Of a DNA stretch of 64,000 nt, positions 36,118 to 46,092 are shown piece after piece; the stretch's first letter is position 1, and each line of letters opens with the position of its first letter. The DNA comes from a phage, in sequence record PZ445429.1. One strand, 5' to 3'. Below the pieces are notes generated by a model. It was not told the origin of the DNA. It saw nothing but the letters and a program-made list of their open reading frames with translations, and made no database searches. Both the position numbers and the translations under genes were made by a program.

Positions 36118-36523
36118 GTGGTATATCCTGGGAGCTGGTCTTGCGATAGGTATCGGATTCGGTGCTTATCATTTAGTAAATAAGGTTGAAACTTTAGCGG
36201 GAGATCTTGCAGTTGCGACTAAAAAGATCTCCACTCTAGAGACTTCTCTTAATAAAGTGAAAACTGAGAGTGAACTTCGTGAGACTCGAATGAATCAGTA
36301 TTTCACAATGAATAATGTTTCGCAAGCAGATCTAGACAAAAAGATTAAGCAGTTAGATAAAGCTCTTAGTCGTCAAGATGTTATCGCTGCAAAGCCTGGA
36401 TTGGTAACATTAATTGCTAAAAAGCAGAATAAAGAGTTCGAGGAAAGATTAGCATGTTTAACTGGAAACTTGGAGTACTGCTCGCAGCCGCAATCACAAT
36501 CACAGGCTGTGCAGAAGAAATAA
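36074..36523 (+). CDS. putative i-spanin-like protein (N-terminal TM + periplasmic coiled coil)
   Basis: 149 aa, TM helix ILGAGLAIGIGFGAYHLV then coiled coil; 3' end overlapped out of frame by a lipoprotein ORF. Confidence 0.4.
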   Translation: MDLIQKLLSGIWQGKWYILGAGLAIGIGFGAYHLVNKVETLAGDLAVATKKISTLETSLNKVKTESELRETRMNQYFTMNNVSQADLDKKIKQLDKALSRQDVIAAKPGLVTLIAKKQNKEFEERLACLTGNLEYCSQPQSQSQAVQKK

Positions 36524-36807
36524 AACCAGAGCCATCTCATGAGTTAAAGCAAGCTCATGTTGACTGGCCTAAAGGACTTCAGCCGTGTAGCTTTGATTTC
36601 AAATTCGAAAAGAAATTAGCTACAAATGGTGAAGATGGCGTAGTAGTTGTTGTACCTTACAAAGATTGGAATGCAAAAGCAAAATGCGAGGAAGCAGTTT
36701 ACTCTTACATTTCACGACTGACCGGTATGGTTTGCTTCTATCGTCAAGATTTACAAGAAAAACGTTGCTTAGTTTACTATCCACCCATTACAAATAGGAA
36801 AGATTAA
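36454..36807 (+). CDS. putative o-spanin-like lipoprotein
   Basis: 117 aa, signal peptide with lipobox ITGC, several Cys; starts inside previous gene in a different frame. Confidence 0.4.
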   Translation: MFNWKLGVLLAAAITITGCAEEIKPEPSHELKQAHVDWPKGLQPCSFDFKFEKKLATNGEDGVVVVVPYKDWNAKAKCEEAVYSYISRLTGMVCFYRQDLQEKRCLVYYPPITNRKD

Positions 36808-37559
36808 TGTCAGTATTAGTCGGTTTACATGGTGAGGCTGGTGCGGGAAAAGATACCGTTGCAGAATTAATGATTGACTGGTGTAATGACACGTTCCCAA
36901 CGTGTTTATCCCGTCGTTACAGTTTTGCTAAACCCGTTTACGAACTTGCATCCGTAATCCTCGGGGTAACTCCAGAGTTTCTGGGAGAGCGCAGGGGAAA
37001 AGAGATTGACCAATGGTTTACGGTCACACAATCTCAATTGGAGCGAGCTAGAGACGTATGGTTTAAGTATGGTATCGATAAGTTTGAGGACTTCTCGTAC
37101 GTTTGGCCGATTTTTGAAGGAAAATACCTTGATCCTCAGCAGTTAATTGGGCAAGCTGATGATGCGCTGTATAGCGTGTTTATCTCCCCAAGAAAAATGC
37201 TACAGCTTGTAGGTACTGAGTTAGGAAGGCAGCTGGTGCATGAACGCATTTGGCTCATAATTCTGGAGCAATCCATCGATAAAGACGACCCAGACGTCGC
37301 AATCGTTACCGATGTGCGTTTCCCCAATGAGGGAGAGCTAATCATGGAAACCAATACTCTAGATATGGATTCCATGCTTATTAAGGTTGAATCTGGTATT
37401 ACTAATAAGTATCGCATCGAGACAGATCATCCGTCTGAAAGCGGTATTCCTGAAAAATACATTTCTCATAAATTTGAGAATACCTTCAACGGACTTGATG
37501 CACTTCGTACCGATGTGTACCACTTCTGTGACTTAGAGCTAGAACCACTAGTTGGATAA
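36807..37559 (+). CDS. dnk: deoxynucleoside monophosphate kinase (putative)
   Basis: P-loop LVGLHGEAGAGKDTVAE at N-terminus, 250 aa. Confidence 0.55.
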   Translation: MSVLVGLHGEAGAGKDTVAELMIDWCNDTFPTCLSRRYSFAKPVYELASVILGVTPEFLGERRGKEIDQWFTVTQSQLERARDVWFKYGIDKFEDFSYVWPIFEGKYLDPQQLIGQADDALYSVFISPRKMLQLVGTELGRQLVHERIWLIILEQSIDKDDPDVAIVTDVRFPNEGELIMETNTLDMDSMLIKVESGITNKYRIETDHPSESGIPEKYISHKFENTFNGLDALRTDVYHFCDLELEPLVG

Positions 37560-37571
37560 TTAAGGATCACT

Positions 37572-38171
37572 ATGACTAATAAGAAAGAAGAAAAGACTAA
37601 CCTGTTTCACACTGTTCGCCAATCTAACGAATATACCTTTTTCTTTGATGAAGAATTAGGCTCACCGGATGAGTATCGTGACCTATCCATGATACTGATG
37701 CAGGCTGGTGAAGATGATGAAATTAATCTGATGATTAATGGGCCTGGTGGTTACGTTGATACTGCTGCACAACTATCTAACTTAATCGCTAACTGTCGTG
37801 GAACGGTTATTGGACACCTGCTCGGTCCTAGTGCTTCTGCTTACTGCACAATCTTCCTGTCTTGCCACGGTTGGGTTGTACATCCACATGCTACGCTTAT
37901 GGGGCATACGTTCTCTGGCGGATTCTGTGAGAAAGGTCAAGAAATCAAGAAAGCCTATGAATCTTACAACCAGTTTGTAGAAGATATGATGCTAGATGTT
38001 TACTTCCCGTTCTTCTCTATTGACGAGATCGAGGACATGGTAAAAGAGAATAAGAATATCTACCTCAACAGCAAAGAAATCAATAAGCGTATTGAAATTT
38101 TGGCGAATTATCGCAAAGAGCAATATAGTAAAGCTCAAGCTCCGCATCCAGAAGAACATGGAGAAGTGTAA
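37572..38171 (+). CDS. ClpP/S14-like peptidase family protein (putative)
   Basis: INGPGGYV (cf. ClpP INSPGG), 199 aa; terminator 38181-38204. Confidence 0.4.
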   Translation: MTNKKEEKTNLFHTVRQSNEYTFFFDEELGSPDEYRDLSMILMQAGEDDEINLMINGPGGYVDTAAQLSNLIANCRGTVIGHLLGPSASAYCTIFLSCHGWVVHPHATLMGHTFSGGFCEKGQEIKKAYESYNQFVEDMMLDVYFPFFSIDEIEDMVKENKNIYLNSKEINKRIEILANYRKEQYSKAQAPHPEEHGEV

Positions 38172-38180
38172 GTAGTTTTA

Positions 38181-38212
38181 AGCCAGAGTTTAACGACTCT
38201 GGCTTTTCTTTT
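38181..38212 (+). terminator. rho-independent terminator
   Basis: AGCCAGAG-TTTAACGAC-TCTGGCTTTTCTTTTG. Confidence 0.6.
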
Positions 38213-38327
38213 GCCTAAAATTCTTCTTGACAACGACAAAAAATTGTGCTCCAGAAGTGATCTTTAAAAACACATTGTAATTTTCCTCTAGAATTAGTAT
38301 AATGGTAATGGTTAGAGGAGGTTACAA

Positions 38328-38984
38328 GTGGAAAAGTTTCTACAACTATTAACGGTACTGCTCCAAGAAGCGAAAGATCCAGCTTCGCTACTAAAACGTC
38401 TGCTAACTATCTTAGTTGCTGTCATTATTTTCTTGTTTGTAAGTAACACTAGCGAGGTGATGTCATTTTTAAAGACTTTCTCCACGTCTGCGGTTTTACA
38501 GGATGTTCAAACCCAAAGGATAGATAACTTTCCTAATGTAGCACGAGAAAAGAGCATGGTTCTTTTCTCTCAGACGGGTGCGGATGCTGTTTTTGTAGTC
38601 AAGTATAAACCCGATGCTATAAACGATTATTCGAACATTATTGCATGGGAAAGCAATGCGCAATTGGATAGGGCTGACTTGGCCGATAAAGCAGTAAACA
38701 AGACGTCTGAACTTTATAGACGTCACCTGGAAGGCTTTAACTATGCTTCGGATTTAAGTGTAAAAGTAAATAAATATATGGGGTCAAATATACCCGCGTT
38801 TAAGAACGTTACTTTTAATTACGTCTACACTTGTCCGTATTTCAACCTAAATAATATCTATGCTGGATACATAGGTATTGCCTGGAAGGATAAACCCGTA
38901 GATACAGCTGACTCGGAACAATTTAATGAGTACTTAACAAAGCTTTGCTCACCGCAGCAAAGATCATTAGGTAGATCTATATGA
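38328..38984 (+). CDS. holin (T5-type, putative)
   Basis: 218 aa, single N-terminal TM, immediately upstream of and overlapping endolysin. Confidence 0.45.
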   Translation: MEKFLQLLTVLLQEAKDPASLLKRLLTILVAVIIFLFVSNTSEVMSFLKTFSTSAVLQDVQTQRIDNFPNVAREKSMVLFSQTGADAVFVVKYKPDAINDYSNIIAWESNAQLDRADLADKAVNKTSELYRRHLEGFNYASDLSVKVNKYMGSNIPAFKNVTFNYVYTCPYFNLNNIYAGYIGIAWKDKPVDTADSEQFNEYLTKLCSPQQRSLGRSI

Positions 38985-39394
38985 GTTTTAAATTTGGTAA
39001 AAATAGCGAAAAACAATTAGCAACTGTTAAGCCCGAGCTACAGAAGGTAGCTCGTAGGGCTTTAGAATTATCTCCATATGATTTCACAATCGTACAGGGT
39101 ATTCGTACAGTAGCACAAAGTGCCCAAAACATTGCTAATGGTACTTCATTTTTGAAAGACCCTAGCAAGAGTAAGCATGTAACTGGAGACGCTATCGATT
39201 TTGCACCATATATTAATGGAAAGATTGATTGGAAAGATCTGGAAGCATTTTGGGCTGTTAAGAAGGCTTTTGAACAAGCCGGTAAGGAACTTGGTGTCAA
39301 ACTTCGTTTTGGTGCCGACTGGAATAGTTCTGGTGATTATCATGATGAGATCGATCGTGGTACTTACGACGGTGGTCACGTAGAATTAGTCTGA
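38981..39394 (+). CDS. endolysin, L-alanyl-D-glutamate peptidase (M15 family)
   Basis: 137 aa, HVTGDAIDF and DGGHVEL zinc-ligand motifs of M15/VanY peptidases; terminator 39404-39427. Confidence 0.6.
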   Translation: MSFKFGKNSEKQLATVKPELQKVARRALELSPYDFTIVQGIRTVAQSAQNIANGTSFLKDPSKSKHVTGDAIDFAPYINGKIDWKDLEAFWAVKKAFEQAGKELGVKLRFGADWNSSGDYHDEIDRGTYDGGHVELV

Positions 39395-39403
39395 TAATAA
39401 ATC

Positions 39404-39430
39404 AAGGCGGGGTAATTCCCGCCTTTTAAA
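39404..39430 (+). terminator. rho-independent terminator after endolysin
   Basis: AAGGCGGG-GTAATT-CCCGCCTTTT. Confidence 0.65.
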
Positions 39431-39469
39431 GCAAAGGGGGCTTTAAAAACTTAATGATAGGAGAAAGCC

Positions 39470-39886
39470 ATGTTTGCAGAACTATTCACCATGATATTAC
39501 TAGGAATATGGAAAATAAGCCTAGTAATTTTCATCTTAATGATAATTCTCACTGTTGTCACACTAGTTACCCAAAATGATACATTAAAGAAAGTCGTTCA
39601 TGGGCTAGAGTATATAATTATGGGCACATTCGGCGTTTGCAAATGCAACTGCCAGAGGAATACGAAATATTGTTGGCTTTGGATGGAGTTAGAGAACTGC
39701 ATCACAGTAGCCCTGGCTGTCTCATTCGGTATGATTCTTATGGCCCTAACTCTAGCATTGATACCACTAATGTTAGCTGGGGGAGTCACGGCTTATTTCA
39801 CCCTTTTCTCCCCTATACTTATGTATTCAATATATCCAATAACTATGTACTTAGTTAGGAAGAGATTCCCACATCAAGCACACTAA
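39470..39886 (+). CDS. membrane protein (138 aa)
   Basis: 3-4 TM helices, Cys cluster. Confidence 0.45.
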   Translation: MFAELFTMILLGIWKISLVIFILMIILTVVTLVTQNDTLKKVVHGLEYIIMGTFGVCKCNCQRNTKYCWLWMELENCITVALAVSFGMILMALTLALIPLMLAGGVTAYFTLFSPILMYSIYPITMYLVRKRFPHQAH

Positions 39887-39961
39887 TATAAAAAAGTAGT
39901 TGACTTTCCGCTGAAATTTTTATATAATATTTGTATAAATTGAATCAGAGGAGTTTCACAA

Positions 39962-40372
39962 ATGTCAGATCGTTACTATACTCAGATGGCTAACCATTAC
40001 AATATGGCTCCGTATGAATTGAACATCGCATTACGTGACCTCGATTCACCAGAGCGTGCAAAACTTGAGAAAAAGGCGGGAATTCGTATGTCTAGCAAGG
40101 GCAAGAAACTTACTCGTATTGACTTAAATACCATGCTAATGGAAGAGCTTGGCGTGAATATTGAAGGTCAGAAGTTGCCTCTCAATGTTCTTGAAACGAT
40201 GCTGGATAAAGTCAAAAAGAAAACCTATAAGAAAGTACAAGTACCGGAAGGCAGGCTAAAAGCCCCTTATCAGGCTGCTGTATCTGAGTGCTTAGGTGCT
40301 ACCTTAGATCTTAGCACTGCAACTGTTAAAGTGATGAAGGCATTTTTGGAGGCCATTAATAAACATGAGTAA
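39962..40372 (+). CDS. hypothetical protein (136 aa)
   Basis: promoter ~39903-39931, RBS GAGGAG. Confidence 0.5.
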   Translation: MSDRYYTQMANHYNMAPYELNIALRDLDSPERAKLEKKAGIRMSSKGKKLTRIDLNTMLMEELGVNIEGQKLPLNVLETMLDKVKKKTYKKVQVPEGRLKAPYQAAVSECLGATLDLSTATVKVMKAFLEAINKHE

Positions 40373-40655
40373 ATTAGTATATCTATTAAAGGGATCTACC
40401 TGCAATCCGTGCAAAATGTTCGAGCCTGTATTCGATAAAGTAGTACAGGACTACAGTCTAGAAGTTCATAAAGAGACTGATAACACAGAACTTATGCAGA
40501 AATTTGGCGTTCGTCAGGTTCCTGTAGTAGTTCTAGCAGATCGTCTCCCTAATGGTCGTGTGGAAGCCAACCACATTCTGATTGGTCGTCAGCTTCGTAA
40601 AGAAACTATGCACGATGCAATCAAAAACTTCCTGGAAGATAATCCAGAAGATTAA
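40365..40655 (+). CDS. thioredoxin/glutaredoxin-like protein
   Basis: CNPC redox motif near N-terminus, 96 aa. Confidence 0.5.
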   Translation: MSKLVYLLKGSTCNPCKMFEPVFDKVVQDYSLEVHKETDNTELMQKFGVRQVPVVVLADRLPNGRVEANHILIGRQLRKETMHDAIKNFLEDNPED

Positions 40656-40661
40656 TAAATC

Positions 40662-40693
40662 CAACCCAGATCTTAGCTGATCTGGGTTTTTAT
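40662..40693 (+). terminator. rho-independent terminator
   Basis: AACCCAGATC-TTAGCT-GATCTGGGTTTTTATT. Confidence 0.65.
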
Positions 40694-40756
40694 TACTTGC
40701 TTTCTGCTAAAAATTTTGATATAATATATGTATAAATTGATGAGAGGAGTATCACA

Positions 40757-41137
40757 TTGAATTACGCATATCTTATAATACATAACAACGTGGTCTGTGG
40801 TACTCGAGCTGTAGAGATGGGAATCACAGAAGAAAAGTATAACTCTTTGTCTAAATCGGAGCAAGAATACTATGTTGAACAGGCTGCTTGGGAATATGCT
40901 GAGGCTTATCCCGAAGAACGTGAAGGCCGTGTTACTATTGTTGTTACTTTGGGACTGGTGGGCTGTGATACCGAAGTTGATACAGATCTAGAAACACTTG
41001 AAGAATGGGAAGAATTGGATATTGCAGAACAAAATGCTATCATCCGTCAATCTTTCTGGGAAGCAGTAGACTGTCACGTTGTCTTTGAGCCAAATGATAC
41101 AGAAGCTGAAAAACACACTAATTGGATGACTCGATAA
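40757..41137 (+). CDS. hypothetical acidic protein (126 aa)
   Basis: TTG start after RBS GAGAGGAG. Confidence 0.4.
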   Translation: MNYAYLIIHNNVVCGTRAVEMGITEEKYNSLSKSEQEYYVEQAAWEYAEAYPEEREGRVTIVVTLGLVGCDTEVDTDLETLEEWEELDIAEQNAIIRQSFWEAVDCHVVFEPNDTEAEKHTNWMTR

Positions 41138-42000
41138 TGAAAAAAGAATTTAACCTGCACGAAATGTTAGTAGTACCAGACGATGTTAACCTGTTCTTCG
41201 TAGGAGATATTCACGGCTGTAATGATATGCTGGAAGGTGCTCTTAAACTAGCAGGATATAAAGAAAAGCGTGACTATGTTGTCTGTGTTGGCGACTTAAT
41301 TGACCGTGGCCCGCAGAACTTACAGGTTCTAGCCAAATTCTTATATAACCCACGCTTCCGCAGCGTTCGTGGCAACCATGATCAGTTTATGATTGCTGGT
41401 GACTACGCCAACTGGATGTATAATGGTGGAATGTGGGCAATGAATGATCTAGATACCGATACAATTAAAGGTATCGCAGAAGATATGGCAGTTAAAATGC
41501 CAGTATTCATGACTGTACTCCATCGTGGCAAGAAATATGGTGTTGTTCATGGTGGAATACCATTCCGATATAAAGATGCGGGATTAGATGTACATACACC
41601 TAATTGGGACGATATTATTGATCATATCGCTGCAAGTGAAAATGATCCTAATGATCATCCTAGTTATTACATTGAGCCATATCTATGGGATCGTGATGTA
41701 ATTCAGGAAATTGGTTTTCATCTGTCTAAGCAAGGTGCAGAGCACCCCTATTTCCAGCGTTATGCAGGATTTAAAGATGAACTGACTGTGGAAGTGCCAG
41801 AAGTTGAAAGTGTAGATTTCGTATTCCATGGTCACACTGGTGTTCCTTACCCAATTCTGTACAAGAACCGTGTTTATCTCGATACTGGCGGTGTTTTCAA
41901 CGGGCAGTTGACGGTTGCGCAACTTAATGATGAAGCCGGTAAAATCATGACATTTACCACAGATAAAAATGATAGCTGTGGTATACAGAGGATTCTATAA
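41137..42000 (+). CDS. Ser/Thr protein phosphatase (PPP-family metallophosphoesterase)
   Basis: GDIHG ... GDLIDRG ... GNHD motifs. Confidence 0.7.
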   Translation: MKKEFNLHEMLVVPDDVNLFFVGDIHGCNDMLEGALKLAGYKEKRDYVVCVGDLIDRGPQNLQVLAKFLYNPRFRSVRGNHDQFMIAGDYANWMYNGGMWAMNDLDTDTIKGIAEDMAVKMPVFMTVLHRGKKYGVVHGGIPFRYKDAGLDVHTPNWDDIIDHIAASENDPNDHPSYYIEPYLWDRDVIQEIGFHLSKQGAEHPYFQRYAGFKDELTVEVPEVESVDFVFHGHTGVPYPILYKNRVYLDTGGVFNGQLTVAQLNDEAGKIMTFTTDKNDSCGIQRIL

Positions 42001-42368
42001 TGGAACGTGAAGAACGTTATGTAGTTATAAAGCTATCTGATATTGAGAAAGCCATAGAATTAGGGCATATCACTCAAAGTAACTTTACTACTTTGGAGCA
42101 TATCTTGTCCAAACTATGGTATAGTCGAGCACAACGTGGTAAAGAGGATCTTAAAACAGTCGTAGTAGAGCATGATTGGCCAGAGTACGAAGAAGTCTGG
42201 AAGATGCTAGAGAATCGTGTTGAATTTGAACAAGCACGACAGGAAGAGATTGACAAAGGCTACCAAGAAGCGAAAGAGCACCATGAGGTTTATGATGAAA
42301 TATTCAAACTTCGTGGTATTAGTAGTTATTATCAGGGTTGGAATAAATATGCGGAGGAAGTTCTGTAA
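42000..42368 (+). CDS. hypothetical protein (122 aa)
   Basis: translationally coupled ORF. Confidence 0.45.
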   Translation: MEREERYVVIKLSDIEKAIELGHITQSNFTTLEHILSKLWYSRAQRGKEDLKTVVVEHDWPEYEEVWKMLENRVEFEQARQEEIDKGYQEAKEHHEVYDEIFKLRGISSYYQGWNKYAEEVL

Positions 42369-42574
42369 TGAAGAGATTACTACTATTATCAGTACTAATA
42401 CTAGCTGGATGTGATTCCTACGACGATAATGTGAGATTTACTGCAGAAGATACAAAACACTTATGTGATGTAGCTGGAGGTGAGCTAGATTATTCCAGTA
42501 TTCAAATTGGACTCACAAAAGGTATATTCTACGATAGTTATACTATTACATCCACATGTGTAAGGAATAAATAA
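42368..42574 (+). CDS. small lipoprotein (68 aa)
   Basis: signal peptide with lipobox LAGC. Confidence 0.45.
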   Translation: MKRLLLLSVLILAGCDSYDDNVRFTAEDTKHLCDVAGGELDYSSIQIGLTKGIFYDSYTITSTCVRNK

Positions 42575-43164
42575 TGAAAGTTAAATTCTGGAGTGAACTC
42601 CACTTAGACCACCCAGGGATTCTTCGTTTTCGCCCCTGGTTTAAGAACATGAAAGAGCACGATGAGTATATCCTAGATACTTTGTCCAAGCACATTGGCA
42701 AGCGTACAAAACTTGTGCTGCTAGGAGATAGTGCCGTGGGGCGAGAAGGGTTGGCCAAGTTGAAGTCGGTTATCCACAACGTGCCTAACCAACTAATTAT
42801 GGGAAACCACGATGCTGAGCGTCAGGGTCTGCATATTAAAGATCTTGTAGACGTTTATGATGATATTCAGGCTCTAGGTAAGCAAACAGGTGGTGGCAAG
42901 AAGTTTTGGCTGTCACATTGTCCATTGCACGAAGCAGAACTTCGTGGTAGGCTAAACATTCACGGACATGTGCACACTAATTCTGTGCGTGACCCACGTT
43001 ATATCAACGTCTCTTTTGAGATGAGCAAGACTCCTATTCCTCTAGAGGATATTGTGTCTGGCAAATTCACAAGCTATGATAAAGTGGTTAACTGCACTAC
43101 TGGTGAAGTACTCCAAATCGATGAAGATGTGGCAGCGGTATTGAGGGGAGATATCAATGTTTGA
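42574..43164 (+). CDS. calcineurin-like metallophosphoesterase
   Basis: GDSAVG ... GNHD ... HGHVH motifs. Confidence 0.55.
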   Translation: MKVKFWSELHLDHPGILRFRPWFKNMKEHDEYILDTLSKHIGKRTKLVLLGDSAVGREGLAKLKSVIHNVPNQLIMGNHDAERQGLHIKDLVDVYDDIQALGKQTGGGKKFWLSHCPLHEAELRGRLNIHGHVHTNSVRDPRYINVSFEMSKTPIPLEDIVSGKFTSYDKVVNCTTGEVLQIDEDVAAVLRGDINV

Positions 43165-43325
43165 TTTTGATGGCATGGCTCGTGAGATATTTATAGCAAT
43201 AGGGATAGTAGTTCTTATCTCTTTCTTTATAGGCCTAGGCTTAGGCCTTTTATTTTAAAACTTCATTTGCTAAAACTCTTAGTTTTCTGTATAATTACTT
43301 TATAAATTGATGAGAAGGAATCAAA

Positions 43326-43757
43326 ATGCAAAAGATTGATAAAGCACTTTTAATCGCAACAGCAGATAAGTTTGAGCAAGTTAAATCTACTTTTAAGGCA
43401 GTCTTTCAGTCCTATGTTCAAGACAAATCGAACCCGATTTCTGAGCGTTTGATGATGTGGGAATGTTTTGCTTGCAATGCTCTGCTAATTTCCGATTATA
43501 AGGGAGAAGTATCTGAGGAATTGCATGAGATCTTTATTAATGAGGATACTCCACGCTATCAGTTAGTGAACTTCCAAGATCTAGCTGAGCAAGTTATTCC
43601 TGATGATCTTTGGGACAAGTATTACGGTGATCCTGAAGAAGATGGTATGGAACCTGAGAAGTGCATCGAACTGATCTGTAAGGATCATACTGAAATTGCT
43701 GAGAAATTTGAGTTAGTATTTGCTTCTGAGTTCTCAGGTTTCGTTAACGATTGGTAA
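43326..43757 (+). CDS. hypothetical acidic protein (143 aa)
   Basis: promoter ~43269-43297. Confidence 0.5.
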   Translation: MQKIDKALLIATADKFEQVKSTFKAVFQSYVQDKSNPISERLMMWECFACNALLISDYKGEVSEELHEIFINEDTPRYQLVNFQDLAEQVIPDDLWDKYYGDPEEDGMEPEKCIELICKDHTEIAEKFELVFASEFSGFVNDW

Positions 43758-43835
43758 GTAAATAAAAAATTCAGTTGCTTTTAGCTTTAAAATTCTGTAT
43801 AATAAGTTCATAAATTAATGAGAGAGGAAATTCTA

Positions 43836-44087
43836 ATGGAAAACATGACTAAAACTGAAATGGCTAACGTTCTGGCAATTCTCCTCGATATGCAGGGTTT
43901 TGAAGGTCAGCTCATGAAGATGTCTATTCCGGCAATGAAAAAGATGTATGATTCTCTGAACAAGAATGCTATGGCATTCAACCTTGCGAAACAAGAAGCA
44001 CGTTTTGCGAAAGAGCATCAGGCAACTGCCGAACGTCGTGCAGCATCTTTTGAGCGTGAAGTTAAGCAACTGAAAGGTAAGAAATAA
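43836..44087 (+). CDS. hypothetical protein (83 aa)
   Basis: ATG 43836 after RBS GAGAGGAAA. Confidence 0.45.
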   Translation: MENMTKTEMANVLAILLDMQGFEGQLMKMSIPAMKKMYDSLNKNAMAFNLAKQEARFAKEHQATAERRAASFEREVKQLKGKK

Positions 44088-44485
44088 TGACTAATGGAAA
44101 ATTCTTACTTGTACTAGGGCTGAATGCCCTAGTCTCCCTAGCTATCACACTCGGTGTTAGTGACCTCATGCTTAATCAGCATGAGAAGAAAGAAGCTCTT
44201 GAACAAGTGTACATTAGCCCGGAAATCAAAGAACAAGCAAAACGTAATAAAATGCTCGCAGAAGCAAACCTTGTGCTTAATCAAGCAGAGTTTGATATAG
44301 CTCTCTCAAAATATTCCGGTGCTGAAGTAAAAGATGCACACGTTATGAAAGACTTGGAAGAAATAAAGCATCAAATTGAAGAGGCCAAAAGATTTTGTAA
44401 ATCAATTGACCAATCTTTAGAAAAAATCACGTTTTATAGAACTATAAGCCCATATATTGAATGTGGCAACGGAGTATTTAAATGA
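44087..44485 (+). CDS. membrane-anchored coiled-coil protein (132 aa)
   Basis: N-terminal TM helix. Confidence 0.45.
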   Translation: MTNGKFLLVLGLNALVSLAITLGVSDLMLNQHEKKEALEQVYISPEIKEQAKRNKMLAEANLVLNQAEFDIALSKYSGAEVKDAHVMKDLEEIKHQIEEAKRFCKSIDQSLEKITFYRTISPYIECGNGVFK

Positions 44486-44763
44486 TTACAGAAATTTTAA
44501 TTGGATTGCTGGTTCTCACGACTTTAGCAGCAATTGGCGGAATCATTGGCATTATTAATGCTAATAAAAATATGGGTAGGATGCGCCTAACCAATGATGG
44601 GCTAGTTAAACGTCTCGTTGAACAGGAAGAAGATATCGAATTAGCACAAAGACGCTCAGATCTTCTTAAAGAAAAGCTAACGAATATTGAAACTCTTGTT
44701 GGTAACACTAAACTTCCTATTAAAGTCCTGCGCGCTCAGGTAATCACGGAGATTAAGAAATGA
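44482..44763 (+). CDS. membrane protein (93 aa)
   Basis: N-terminal TM helix. Confidence 0.45.
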   Translation: MITEILIGLLVLTTLAAIGGIIGIINANKNMGRMRLTNDGLVKRLVEQEEDIELAQRRSDLLKEKLTNIETLVGNTKLPIKVLRAQVITEIKK

Positions 44764-45005
44764 TGTTAATTATCTTAGCTTTTTATCTGGTTATTGTTGG
44801 TGTTCTGGTTACTAAGTATCATACCTGGACCCCGAAGAACGTTGGTAAAGTAGCACTGTTTGTTCTGCCAGTTCCTATCATCATCGTTGCAATGCTGTTC
44901 ACGATGTTGGCCGGTAAAGTGACAAAAACTGACGTTAAACGCATTGTAGACGAACTACAGCAATCTTCTGACATGATCGAGGATATTCTGAAAGATGAAG
45001 CTTAA
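44760..45005 (+). CDS. membrane protein (81 aa)
   Basis: two TM helices. Confidence 0.45.
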   Translation: MMLIILAFYLVIVGVLVTKYHTWTPKNVGKVALFVLPVPIIIVAMLFTMLAGKVTKTDVKRIVDELQQSSDMIEDILKDEA

Positions 45006-45327
45006 TTTTAGTGAATTAACCCTGCTGGACGAGTTTCTAGGTTTTGTTACTGAACGTGGGTTTATTAATGTAGATCCTCAGACACTAGAAGTCTTGCAAT
45101 CCATCCAGAATAAAACTAAAACAGATCTGGAAGACTTATGGCGACCACTTTCTGAGCTAACTCCTCTTAATATGAAAGTGATTGTTAAAAATATTGAAAC
45201 TGGTGAAGAACGTGAGATGGTTCGTAAAGAACTGGCTAATAGTTATTCTCCAGAGTCCCTAGTGATGCATCATGACGATGAACCAGAAACACTTTGGACA
45301 GCCCATTATATTTGGCGTCTGCCTTGA
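44995..45327 (+). CDS. hypothetical protein (110 aa)
   Basis: coupled ORF. Confidence 0.45.
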   Translation: MKLNFSELTLLDEFLGFVTERGFINVDPQTLEVLQSIQNKTKTDLEDLWRPLSELTPLNMKVIVKNIETGEEREMVRKELANSYSPESLVMHHDDEPETLWTAHYIWRLP

Positions 45328-45427
45328 TTGATTTAACAACTGTTACGGCAATCCTAATCTTCGGCTTAGTGGTTGCCGTTTTCATAATCGTTGAGCAGGC
45401 CAAAGTAATACGGAGACTTAAAAATAG

Positions 45428-45628
45428 ATGATTAATTTTTATAACCCTAACTTGCAGAAAGCAACGTGGGATTACTTTATAATTCTACCAGCTTTTATGT
45501 TAAGTTGTGCAATCATTAACATTATGTATCAAGAAGCTGGTTGGACAGTTCAAGATTTCCACATTTCACAAGTTCTTCCTTTCATGTATGAAGGCGTTAT
45601 CGCAGCAATAAATGGAGTTCGTAAATGA
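45428..45628 (+). CDS. small membrane protein (66 aa)
   Basis: TM helix. Confidence 0.4.
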   Translation: MINFYNPNLQKATWDYFIILPAFMLSCAIINIMYQEAGWTVQDFHISQVLPFMYEGVIAAINGVRK

Positions 45629-46092
45629 CAGCACTGCAAAGATTACAGAATTACTGGTTTGATGGCCAATTTAATGATTTATTCATCCAGTTGTTTGTCG
45701 AAACGAACGGACGTTTTAATTACCGCTTCTTTAATACTTTCCATGAGACGAAGTTCTCGCATACAGAGATTAACGCAGCGATTCAAGATCTCACTGGTTC
45801 TAAGGTAATTCCTTATCGTGATGTAGATTTTGCACCTGACTGTTTTGGTTTTGAACTGTTTAAGAAAGCATATAAGTTCGGTAAGTTCGAAGATGCACGA
45901 CATTGGGTTCATGACTTCTGGTATAATACCGATATCGTCCCTAGCCGTGTACTGATCCTCAACTGGATTGCTAAACAACATCCGCCGAAGGCACAATCGG
46001 CATTCCTTCCAACTGATACAGGAAATCTTTACCATGACACAAAAGAAAAATCCAGTGCTAGAGCAGATGAAGCAGTTGGAGAAGCAGATTGA
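45625..46092 (+). CDS. hypothetical protein (155 aa)
   Basis: coupled ORF; 3' end overlaps next gene. Confidence 0.45.
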   Translation: MTALQRLQNYWFDGQFNDLFIQLFVETNGRFNYRFFNTFHETKFSHTEINAAIQDLTGSKVIPYRDVDFAPDCFGFELFKKAYKFGKFEDARHWVHDFWYNTDIVPSRVLILNWIAKQHPPKAQSAFLPTDTGNLYHDTKEKSSARADEAVGEAD

